The translations under genes and the position numbers were made by a program. Of a DNA stretch of 61,759 bases, positions 36,332 to 44,824 are shown in pieces. A model generated the notes under the pieces. That model saw nothing but the letters and a program-made list of their open reading frames with translations, was not told the DNA's origin and ran no database searches. The DNA lies in assembly GCA_014381165.1 (NCBI GenBank), contig JACMIM010000574.1:1-61759 (forward strand), read 5' to 3'. How positions within the stretch are numbered: the first letter of the stretch is position 1; every line of letters begins with the position of its first letter. The DNA is from Roseiflexaceae bacterium. Its GTDB lineage: Bacteria > Chloroflexota > Chloroflexia > Chloroflexales > Roseiflexaceae.

Positions 36332-37354
36332 CTACACGACCAGTGCAGTTTGTAACTCGCGCCCAAAAACGCGGTCGAACTCGGTACTCAGCGACAAACT
36401 GAACAGCGAGTCGAGCGACCGATTATCCTCGGTAGCGGTTGTCGAGCGTAAGCTATTTAGGCGCTCTGCTCCCCGCTTCATGATCAACATCGCCACACCA
36501 ATTTTGGGCGACATAAGGTGTTTATCGAATACGAGCGTGAGCAGCCAATCGCTGCCGACGTTGATCGAATACACATTGTAGTGCCGGCCCTCGTGGGCGC
36601 TAAAGTGCTGAGTTTCTGAATCCTGGAGCGTGCGCCCAAGCTCTACGGCGTTGATGAAACCACCCGCGACCAGCGACGTAAGCGCGGGAATATCCATGTT
36701 GCGTGTTTCACCCTGCTGGTCAATGATATGCCCAGTGGTATTGGTGTAGAGCGCCAGCTTTGCGTGGGCCTCGTGGCGGATCTCGTCCACCACTGCGGCA
36801 ACCTGGCGCGCATCGCGTTCAGCGCTGGCCGTGCTTCGTGGTTCTGGCGCAGCATTGTGTGCCGCGGGCGTAGAAATTATTTGGGCCATCAACTGCTCCA
36901 GCAGTACACGCAGGTCTGGTGCCGGAGTCGCCGCCGGTACGACCGTGCCCCTCAACTCCTTTGCAGAAATGAGTTCGATCAGGCTGGCATCGGAGTGACG
37001 CAGCAAAAGCAGTTGCGTATCTGGACAAGCAGTGCGCAACTTTCGGAGCACACTGAGTACGCTATTGCGGCGGCGCAGTGTTGCAACGACGAGCTGAAAG
37101 CAGGTAGGAAATCCCTGCACCGCTTCGGCGATAAATGCCTGCGCCGACTGGACGTGATAGGTGATACCCGGCAGCGGGCGTGCCGTCAACTCGTCGAGCA
37201 AGAAACGATAGGCATTGGGCGAATCTTCGATCAATAGGATGCGATATTCCACAGGGGAACTAGCCTTTCCGTGCTTGTGTGGTGTGACGACGATAGGAGA
37301 ATAAAGCCGCTCGACCTGTGTGCCACTCACTTCTGTGGTGTGGCTGGTAAACAT
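36332..37354 (-). CDS. Receiver-like domain lacking the phospho-acceptor Asp, fused to a roadblock/LC7-like domain
   Basis: RILLIEDSPNAY...FQLVVATLRRRNSVLSVLRKLR aligns to a REC fold, with Ala (codon 37082-37084) where the Asp is expected. The C-terminus is LYTNTTGHIIDQQG...YNVYSINVGSDWLLTLVF. Confidence 0.6.
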   Translation of the reverse strand: MFTSHTTEVSGTQVERLYSPIVVTPHKHGKASSPVEYRILLIEDSPNAYRFLLDELTARPLPGITYHVQSAQAFIAEAVQGFPTCFQLVVATLRRRNSVLSVLRKLRTACPDTQLLLLRHSDASLIELISAKELRGTVVPAATPAPDLRVLLEQLMAQIISTPAAHNAAPEPRSTASAERDARQVAAVVDEIRHEAHAKLALYTNTTGHIIDQQGETRNMDIPALTSLVAGGFINAVELGRTLQDSETQHFSAHEGRHYNVYSINVGSDWLLTLVFDKHLMSPKIGVAMLIMKRGAERLNSLRSTTATEDNRSLDSLFSLSLSTEFDRVFGRELQTALVV

Positions 37355-39390
37355 GGGACACTGAACGCAAACGTGCTGCCGCGCCCAGGCGTGCTTTCAG
37401 CCCATATTCGCCCTTTGTGTTGTTCGATGACTGTTTTTGCAATGGTTAGCCCCAGACCGCGCCCCGGAATCGTAGATTGCGCGGTGCTGGGCGCACGATA
37501 AAATGGGTCAAAGACGAGCGCTAGTTCATCCGGCGGCAGTCCCAGGCCATTATCCGTCACCACTACCTGCACCTGATCCAGCGCCATACCAACAGTAACC
37601 GTGATCAGCGCGCCAGTCGGGCTATATTTGATCGCATTGTCGATAATTGCTCCAATAGCCCGCCCGATGCTTTCTTCATCGGCGTAGACGCGCGGCAGGC
37701 TCGCGGCAATGTTGGTTGTCACCTGTTGACCGCGCCGGCCAAACTCGGCGTACTGGGTGCCGACAGCTGCCTCGACCAACAGATCGAGCCGCAGTGGAAT
37801 CCTGTGTTCCGCTGACTGGAGCCGAATCTGTCCTAGCGCCAGGAGATCATTGACCAGCATTGATAGCTCGCTATTGAGCTTGACGACTTCGCCGATCAGT
37901 TGCGCCTGCTGCTCGTTGAGCTGCCCAGCGGCAGGTACTTGCATGATTAGGTTGCGCAGCGACTGGAGCGGCGAGCGTACAATGTTGGAGAAACTCAACA
38001 AGAAATGTTCATTTCGCTCACCAGTATTGGCTGGCTCGGCAGGCGCGGCTGGCACGTTGGACGTGGGCGCTGCGGGCGCGTTTGCTATAGGCTCGATCAC
38101 GAATGCCCAAAGTTCTGGGCCTAGCTCGCTCACAGTGGCGGTGGCAGCGCGCCCATCAGGCAGTTCGATCACATGCGACCCGCCGAGTTCACCCATCAGT
38201 GCCTCGGTCAGAACTGGGGCGAGCACCCACGCGCCGCCCGCAACGAGCGACCGCCCAATGAATTGACCGGAAAGGTGCAACATCTGCACCGCAGCGTCGG
38301 TCGCCGCAGCGATATGGCCGTGGGCATCGCTCAACAACACTGCCTCGTGCAAACGCTGTAACAGCGCCAACTGCGCGGTTGCCCCAGCCTGGCGGGGCGC
38401 GGGTATGGCGGCGCGCCGTGGCTGCGAAGGCGCAACCGGCAGCGGCGTTGGACGCAGCGCAGCAGAGAACGCGCCACTCAGCCCATTCAGGTTGGCGCGC
38501 ACTGCAACTGGCAGCAGGCGGTCGCTGGCCGTCAACAACACGCCCCACACCTCGCCCGCGCGCATGAGCGGCGCGGCATACAGCGCCCGCCCGCCTTGCC
38601 AATCTCCACGCTGCCCGTTCTGCTCGGCTCGTGCTGTCGGCGCGGCACTGACCGGGCCACGCTCACGCGCGACTTGGGCTAGGATCGTTGATTGCACAGG
38701 CAGGCTACCGGGATTTGTGTCACCCTCGTAGGCCAGCACAAGCAGCCGCTGCTGGTCAGCGTCGAACTGCCCAAGTAACACCTGCCCGCCTGGGTGCAAC
38801 AGCTGGCGCACGGCGGGCAGGCGTAGACACATGGCCAGATCTGTGTGGCTAACAAGTGCCTCCGCCAGCTTCAGCCAGCTTTGCTCCTGCGGCATAAGTG
38901 CTGCCAAATCGGCAGCCTGGAGCGCTGGATCGGCGCACAGTGCCACGGCAACACGGCCGATAAACGCACGCTGGTGTTCCTGGTCACACAGTGAGTTCAG
39001 GCTATAGGGCATATCACCCATTTGCGAGAGCGTAAGTGCAATCTGGTCGGCGTACTCGGGATCGGTGAGTAACCGCACCCGGTAGCCATTGGGTTCGGCG
39101 CTTGCCAGCAGTGTGAGCGCCCCATGTGGCCCAGCAATAACCAAAAAGGGATCATCGCCAAATACGCGGGCAACTGAGATCAGCGGCGATACGCCATTGC
39201 CTGTGCCGTGAACGAGCTGGTCGAGCGCGCCGCCAAGCAAGCAGATGCTCTGCGGATCGGTCGGTCGCTCCTGAATCAGCAGTTTGCCAAGCCGGGTGAA
39301 CTGAGCAGTGCTGAGAAAGCAGCCTGTATCAGTGGGCGGCAAGCCGATTAGATGTGCCAAATGCCACGTTGTCGGTTGATATACCTGCAC
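37327..39390 (-). CDS. GAF/PAS-containing histidine-kinase-like protein with Asn at the phospho-His position
   Basis: GTG 39390 is preceded by AAAGGA, 12 nt after the upstream stop. The H-box region reads FLLSFSNIVRSPL (Asn codon 37984-37986). The N box IIDNAIKYS and the G boxes DNGLGL and GRGLGL are intact. Confidence 0.7.
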   Translation of the reverse strand: MQVYQPTTWHLAHLIGLPPTDTGCFLSTAQFTRLGKLLIQERPTDPQSICLLGGALDQLVHGTGNGVSPLISVARVFGDDPFLVIAGPHGALTLLASAEPNGYRVRLLTDPEYADQIALTLSQMGDMPYSLNSLCDQEHQRAFIGRVAVALCADPALQAADLAALMPQEQSWLKLAEALVSHTDLAMCLRLPAVRQLLHPGGQVLLGQFDADQQRLLVLAYEGDTNPGSLPVQSTILAQVARERGPVSAAPTARAEQNGQRGDWQGGRALYAAPLMRAGEVWGVLLTASDRLLPVAVRANLNGLSGAFSAALRPTPLPVAPSQPRRAAIPAPRQAGATAQLALLQRLHEAVLLSDAHGHIAAATDAAVQMLHLSGQFIGRSLVAGGAWVLAPVLTEALMGELGGSHVIELPDGRAATATVSELGPELWAFVIEPIANAPAAPTSNVPAAPAEPANTGERNEHFLLSFSNIVRSPLQSLRNLIMQVPAAGQLNEQQAQLIGEVVKLNSELSMLVNDLLALGQIRLQSAEHRIPLRLDLLVEAAVGTQYAEFGRRGQQVTTNIAASLPRVYADEESIGRAIGAIIDNAIKYSPTGALITVTVGMALDQVQVVVTDNGLGLPPDELALVFDPFYRAPSTAQSTIPGRGLGLTIAKTVIEQHKGRIWAESTPGRGSTFAFSVPCLPATPQK

Positions 39391-39401
39391 GTTCGTCCTT
39401 T

Positions 39402-40478
39402 CTACAGCGCGGCCTGGGCCACGCGCAGCAGTGTGATGGCCTCGTGCGCGATATATTCGGGCAACTCGTGGCTCATAGCTTGGGCAAGTGCGGCATAACT
39501 TTGGCGCAACGGGGTATCGGGCAGCCCCTGCGTTGCGAACCAATGCTGCATCCAATGGGTGTATGATACGAGGCCCGCCGGGCTGTGCTGCGCAAGCCCA
39601 TCGGCCAGGTAGGCCACATACCAGCCTACCTCCAGGGCGGCCTGCTCTGGCTGTGCGGCCAGCCCCTGCGCAACAAGCTGCTGTGCGACCACGAAAACCA
39701 GGGTGTCTTGTGCGGCAAGCAGCGCGCGGCCTGATTCGTTCTCCGGCAGCAGCGCGCTTTGCGCCCCGTTCAACAGCCGCCGGATTTGTGCGGCGGCTGT
39801 TGGTGGCAGTCGCTGTTCGGCGGATTGCGTCAGCAGCCAAAACCATTGTTGCATATGCGTCGTCGTCAGGTGACGCTGCCACAGCCGTTCGCGCATCCAG
39901 TGGGCGTGTTGGGTAAACACGGAATCATGGCGCGTGCCAACTGCGTCAAGCGCGTAATCGAGCAAAAACCACACATCATACAGCGCCCGCTGGCGGCCCT
40001 CCTCGCCATAAGCTGCCTGCCAGTGCCAGTGGGCGTCATAGCTTCCAGCAATGGCATCCTCGGCCAGCAACTCGTGCGCAGCGGCGATCTGCGGGGTGTG
40101 TGGGTCGCTGTAGGCAAGTGCGTTCAGCCCTCCCATCAGGTAATCGTAGATCACCGGCAGCCCGTCTGCTGGCATCTGCGCGCTGATAGCCCCCCAAAGA
40201 TGGGCATAGCTTTGGCGCATGACACCGGTTGTACAGGCGTGTTTGACCAGCATCTCGCGCCGCCAGCGCATATGGTCTTCGTTGATCATCGGCGAGCGGT
40301 AGCGTACCGATTTAACTAACGCCGCCAAATTGAGTTCCATATCCAGCAGGTAACGCTCGCGCCCGCTGTTTGGGAAGCGCTCGATCAGCAGCCAATCCTG
40401 TGTCATCAGGTCGACCGTCTGAGCAAGGATAGCTGGGCGAGCGGTGTCAAGCTGTTTGGCAATTGCAAGATGATCCAT
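39402..40478 (-). CDS. Hypothetical all-helical protein built from three ~105-aa repeats
   Basis: Three collinear repeats share H-x-(R/H)-W, (R/Q)Q(S/W)(Y/F), a (M/L)P and an AL end. One such set is DHMRWRRE...MRQSYAHLW...QMP...LNAL; another is QHAHWMRE...MQQWFWLL...RLP...QSAL; a third is YTHWMQH...LRQSYAAL...ELP...QAAL. Confidence 0.55.
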   Translation of the reverse strand: MDHLAIAKQLDTARPAILAQTVDLMTQDWLLIERFPNSGRERYLLDMELNLAALVKSVRYRSPMINEDHMRWRREMLVKHACTTGVMRQSYAHLWGAISAQMPADGLPVIYDYLMGGLNALAYSDPHTPQIAAAHELLAEDAIAGSYDAHWHWQAAYGEEGRQRALYDVWFLLDYALDAVGTRHDSVFTQHAHWMRERLWQRHLTTTHMQQWFWLLTQSAEQRLPPTAAAQIRRLLNGAQSALLPENESGRALLAAQDTLVFVVAQQLVAQGLAAQPEQAALEVGWYVAYLADGLAQHSPAGLVSYTHWMQHWFATQGLPDTPLRQSYAALAQAMSHELPEYIAHEAITLLRVAQAAL

Positions 40479-40487
40479 ACTGGCCCT

Positions 40488-42596
40488 TTATTTTCGGAAG
40501 GTGTCGGCGAGCTGACGCACAATCTGGCGGATGTCACCTTCGAGAAACTGCCCGGCGATGCGCGACCGCAGGTCAGGACGCTCATAGAATGCCATGCCGC
40601 CAAAGATGAACATCGGGCGGGGCGGCTCGACCCGCGCAATAATCTGCCCAACCTCGGTCAAGCTATGGGCTGCCTCGATAGTTGTCGCGGAAAGACCAAG
40701 CACTTGGGGGCGAATCTGGCGGATAGCTTCTTCGATGGTCGTGTTTGGTACGTTTTGCCCAAGGTAGATCACGCGAAAGCCGCTCCAGCGCATAAACAGC
40801 GAAAGCATGATTGCACCAAGCTCGTGAAGTTCGTTTTGCGCACAGCCGATCACTGCCAGCGGGCCACCGGGGCTATCCACATACGCATTGAGCAGGGTAA
40901 GCAGCTTGCCCTCGACAAAGCGGCTGGTAAAGTGTTCCGCCGCTACAGAAACCTCGCCACGGTGCCAGCCCTCGCCAACCGCAATCTGCACCGGCATCAG
41001 CAACTCGGTGCAAATCTCTTCGGTGGCATATACACCGCACGCTTCTTGCCAAACATACTCGGCGCTGCGCTGGTCGAATGCAATCAATGCGCCCATCATG
41101 CGCTTCTGGAGCATCGGCCAGCTTCGGTCGTTGAATGGATCCGGCGCAGCCAGCACTAGCCCCGGTGGGATCTGCTTTGCCGGGGCCACTGTAGATGATG
41201 GTGGAGCCGCCACTTGCCCGCCGCGCATCCAGGCTGGCAAGCCAAACCCGCCCGGCGCAGCGGCAGTAGGTGCCGTTGCCGCAGGCGCTTCCACTTGCGT
41301 GTTGGCCGCGCTGCCATTGAGTGCTTGGAATGGTGCCGCTGGAAACGAGGGCGGGCTGAAGGTTGGCGCAGTTTTTGCAGGTGAAGCTGCGCCGTTCGCC
41401 GGTACGGTAGGCACGACAGCACGTGATGGCGGCGCGGCCACTGCTGGCGCTGTGGCAGCCGCAAACGAAGGCATCGCCGCCGGCGATGTTTGCTGGATCG
41501 CCCGCCCGCTCATGATCTGCCCCAGCAGCGCCGCCACAGCCACCACGATCTGCGCAGTTGGCGCGTCGTGCGGTTCCGGCTCGTGTAGTCCGGCCAGCAG
41601 CACACCCCACACGCGGCCTTGGACATAGATTGGCACCGCGATGGCCGAAAGCGCGTCGGGTAGTAGCTCCTGATCCAAGCTGCCAGCTAGCAAGGTGCCC
41701 AGCGCTGGCACTCCTTGTTGCGCGGCCTGCCCAGCCAAGCCCTGCGTCGCACTGATCGCCGCCATTGGGCGCGTGCTACTCCACACCGCTGGGTTGAGTA
41801 CGTTTCCATCGGAGCGGTAGCAGAGTTCGCCCAACGTGCCAGCGCTGCGAAGCACCTGAATGGCTTCAGCAAGCGTCTGCTCGTCCGATTGTTCAGCAGT
41901 GGTCAGGATTTCGAGCAGGTAGGGAAGATCGTACAAACTGGGCAGCAGATTAAGCCGTTTGCATTCCGGATGCGTTGCCAAGCCATATGCAATCTGTGCC
42001 CAGCGGGCTTTGTTTGCAAAATGATCACGCTGGACGACAGGAGCCATGGGCTGCTGTTGCATCAGGCTGAGCAGCAACCCGGCCCGCTTGACAATCCGCT
42101 CGTCGGCGGAAAGCGCGCCCTCGAAACGGTAGCGCCGCATTGTGCCACCGGTGCGCTCCGCCACTGCCTGCGTGAGCAGCGCAGCCCAAAAGCCCGGGCT
42201 ATCTACGATCAGAAACCATTCTTGACACAGTGGTGTGTTGGGCTGAAGGGCAACAAAGGTAACTCCCGGCATGGTTGGCGGCTCGATATCGGCCTCACCA
42301 TAAACCGTCACACTGCGGCACACGCGGCTCAACTGCGCGATGCGCCCCTGGTGAAGCCGAAAAAGTGAGAACCGCAGCACGCCGAATGAAAGATCTGCGG
42401 GCAAGTGCTCATCTTGCACCAAAAGCTCAAGCTGACGCCCAATAATAACCAGCGCATCAGCGGGGTGGTGTAGTCGCCGCTCCACTGGCACATCGCCCAC
42501 CAGCCTAGCAAGCGATGGACCGGTGGCACGCGACGGAGTCGAGGAACTTGATGCGATCATAAGATTTACCCCATACACTAACTGAGTATACGACAC
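40488..42596 (-). CDS. DICT-like / GAF / Ala-Pro-rich linker / CarH-type B12-binding (light-sensor) multidomain protein
   Basis: The C-terminus carries GWHRGEVSVAAEHF, the W-x9-EH motif (40932-40967). It also carries NELHELG, the E-x-H-x-x-G lower-ligand His (codon 40824-40826), in a Rossmann-like B12-binding fold. The N-terminal 180 aa are DICT-like (from memory) and the middle is GAF-like (IAVPIYVQGRVWGVLLAG). The start is uncertain (GTG 42596 or ATG 42560). Confidence 0.75.
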   Translation of the reverse strand: MSYTQLVYGVNLMIASSSSTPSRATGPSLARLVGDVPVERRLHHPADALVIIGRQLELLVQDEHLPADLSFGVLRFSLFRLHQGRIAQLSRVCRSVTVYGEADIEPPTMPGVTFVALQPNTPLCQEWFLIVDSPGFWAALLTQAVAERTGGTMRRYRFEGALSADERIVKRAGLLLSLMQQQPMAPVVQRDHFANKARWAQIAYGLATHPECKRLNLLPSLYDLPYLLEILTTAEQSDEQTLAEAIQVLRSAGTLGELCYRSDGNVLNPAVWSSTRPMAAISATQGLAGQAAQQGVPALGTLLAGSLDQELLPDALSAIAVPIYVQGRVWGVLLAGLHEPEPHDAPTAQIVVAVAALLGQIMSGRAIQQTSPAAMPSFAAATAPAVAAPPSRAVVPTVPANGAASPAKTAPTFSPPSFPAAPFQALNGSAANTQVEAPAATAPTAAAPGGFGLPAWMRGGQVAAPPSSTVAPAKQIPPGLVLAAPDPFNDRSWPMLQKRMMGALIAFDQRSAEYVWQEACGVYATEEICTELLMPVQIAVGEGWHRGEVSVAAEHFTSRFVEGKLLTLLNAYVDSPGGPLAVIGCAQNELHELGAIMLSLFMRWSGFRVIYLGQNVPNTTIEEAIRQIRPQVLGLSATTIEAAHSLTEVGQIIARVEPPRPMFIFGGMAFYERPDLRSRIAGQFLEGDIRQIVRQLADTFRK

Positions 42597-43029
42597 AGGT
42601 GCTTTGAATTAGCAGTCTATTGCGCCTGAAGCCCTACATCATCATGTTAATAATTATCAAATGCGCTTGAGCAGAAAGGTTATTTTGGCTTATCGATGAG
42701 GAGTTTGGGCGTCGAGAAGACTCAATCAAGCCCAAATCTCTGCGCATCGTTTTGTGATGCGCTACTCGCCTACGGACTCGGCTGACAAAGATTATTCAGC
42801 TAACATGTAGCGCTGCGCTACAAAGCGGCGAACAAATTCTTTGGTCAGTTGCATAGTTGCACACAACTTTTCTCGACAACCGGTATAAAGTTTAGGTGTT
42901 ACTAGAGAATAGAATACTATACTGCTCTAATGAGTAGGCGAGTGAAAGTGTTACAAACTCTAAGCAGATTCTATACTAAACCCGTGAACTGTCCTTTTGT
43001 TTGTGAACACGAATTGTTTGTGAATACGA

Positions 43030-43290
43030 AGCCGGGAAGTTGGTGACCGAGCACGGCATGGGAGTGACACACGTTGCGTGCGATAGCGAGTATGAGCAGG
43101 AAGGGAACCTGCTGGGACAATGCCGTGATGGAGAGGTTTTTTGCTTCTCGCAAGCCGAGATTGGGGTTGATGTCTTTGACGCGCGCGCGCGGAGCTGTGT
43201 GTTTGACGACATCGAACGGAGGAGTATCTTCGTTGTGTTCAGCATTCCTCCTGAAAGACTCTGATGGGTTGCGCTGTTGATGACCATAGT
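43030..43290 (+). pseudogene. IS3-family transposase (OrfB C-terminal) remnant
   Basis: SMSRKGTCWDNAVMERFF is the IS3 integrase-core motif. Frame-shifted remains follow (LKAEIGVDVFDARA...). The remnant overlaps the 3' end of the WD40 gene. Confidence 0.5.
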
Positions 43291-44264
43291 ATGAGGTCAC
43301 ATCGATGACTGCCGCTGACAAACATCTGGCCGTCTGGGTTCCACGCTGCTACGGCTAGGGCATTATCGTGTGCATGAAACCTCCGATAAGTTCCGCGCTG
43401 CGTATCCCAGAGAAAAACCGCTCCCAGGTCGCCGCTCAGGAGAACTTGAACATCCTTCGGACGCCACGTCAACGATTGTGGTAACGAGCGCGGCAAATCG
43501 ATAGTATCGATGACACTTTGTTTTGGAACATCCCATAGCTTAATCGTGTTATCGTTACTACCGCTGGCCAGCATCATTCCATCAGGACTCCAGGTGACTG
43601 AACGAACATTACTGCTATGCGCATCAAGTCGATCACGAATGCGCTGCTGTGCTAAATCCCAGAGATCAATGTTCGAGCCAGATCCGCCTTCGGCCAGCGT
43701 AGACCCATCAGGACTCCAGGCCAGTGACAAAACTGCCCCACCACCAGCTCTGCTGTCACCAGTCAATCGATGGGTAATAGTCGCTGTAGCGGTATTCCAA
43801 ATGACGATTCCACCACTCATGGCCCCACTAGCGAATTGAGTACTATCAGGACTAAACGCGATTGTGGCCACTCCAAGGAGGTGAACCGCCTGGGCAGCAC
43901 GTAGCTTCCACGTTGCTACTTCCCAGAGCCGTAGCATGCCAGTAGAATGACCAGCCACTAAAGTTGTCCCATCGGGACTCCAGGCCAACGACTGAATTGA
44001 TGCTTCTGAGTTGGGTTTATCAGATAATGTTGTGAGCAAAACGCCATCGCTCACTCGCCAAATCTTAACGACTTCAACACCACCTGCGCTAGCAATCATA
44101 GTGCCGTCTGGACTAAAGACGACAGCCAGAACAGCATCCCGTTTGCTTAAAGGCGCTTGACCTCGTGGTACCGTGCAGCCGCTTAAAAAGCTGAACGTCC
44201 CAAGTACCGCCAAGATAGAGACAATACCAACAGACCGAGCCACTGCTTTATTCATGAAACACAT
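43239..44264 (-). CDS. WD40-repeat lipoprotein
   Basis: A signal peptide with the lipobox FLSGC is present. About 7 repeats follow the pattern SPDG..LASG..D..I.LWD. The last blade and C-terminus appear to be replaced by IS3-remnant sequence. Confidence 0.75.
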   Translation of the reverse strand: MCFMNKAVARSVGIVSILAVLGTFSFLSGCTVPRGQAPLSKRDAVLAVVFSPDGTMIASAGGVEVVKIWRVSDGVLLTTLSDKPNSEASIQSLAWSPDGTTLVAGHSTGMLRLWEVATWKLRAAQAVHLLGVATIAFSPDSTQFASGAMSGGIVIWNTATATITHRLTGDSRAGGGAVLSLAWSPDGSTLAEGGSGSNIDLWDLAQQRIRDRLDAHSSNVRSVTWSPDGMMLASGSNDNTIKLWDVPKQSVIDTIDLPRSLPQSLTWRPKDVQVLLSGDLGAVFLWDTQRGTYRRFHAHDNALAVAAWNPDGQMFVSGSHRCDLILWSSTAQPIRVFQEEC

Positions 44265-44824
44265 CTATCCATGCGGATATGGGGCGAGGTCTTGAGGCAC
44301 ATACGAATTATACCCTTTACACTGGATGAGCCTACGCAATTGCGGACAGGCCATGGGATCCGCACCTACTGCGGCCAGTAGATGCGTTGATTTTGCGATC
44401 GTTTACGATGGTCGAGCGTGTGGAAATAACCTAGCGGCTAGAGGCGTTGGTAAGAGGACTCCTCTCAAGGTAGCGATGTATGGCAAGAATGATGAGATGA
44501 GTTGTAAAAGCTCACGTACCATAACAGCAGACTTGACGACTGTCAATAAACAATACCCTACAGTGTAGCGATGCTGTTCCTTGCGCGGCGATCGCTGCTT
44601 TGGCAATATTACACCCACGCGATGGACTCAACTGCTTGCTGAAGGTCATTTGCTGTGCCGCGCACATACTGCACAGATTCATTTGTTCACCTGCAAGTCC
44701 TGCCACATCTATACCAGGGCTTTATTGTGCTGTGCGCTGGTAACCGCATTGGTATACCCGCGGTATGGCGGCCATGATAGTATCGACTTCCCCGCAATGA
44801 TGCGTGACAAAGTGTTTGCAATAG

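Noticed and set aside
39391-39882. A 164-aa N-terminal extension of the kinase-like ORF (track start 39882)
   Set aside because: The extension is Arg/Ala-rich with no domain character and lies entirely inside the upstream gene 39402-40478 in another frame. GTG 39390 with an AAAGGA SD sequence fits the intergenic spacing.
20046-42368. Dozens of 60-330-aa ORFs antisense to, or out of frame with, the gvp/signalling genes (for example 23260-24246, 24030-24716, 25680-26207, 29861-30298, 40888-41628)
   Set aside because: They are typical high-GC shadow ORFs. Their products are rich in Arg, Ala, Pro and Ser, they carry no motifs, and they are fully nested in well-supported genes on the other strand. 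The same applies to 59932-61350 and 58969-59874 opposite the PKD gene.
37327-42596. A bacteriophytochrome partner for the heme oxygenase among the GAF proteins
   Set aside because: Neither GAF-like region shows the PAS-GAF-PHY order or the conserved phytochrome GAF motifs I can recall, and no N-terminal Cys context is present. I kept it only as a speculative bilin-binding test in the heme oxygenase finding.
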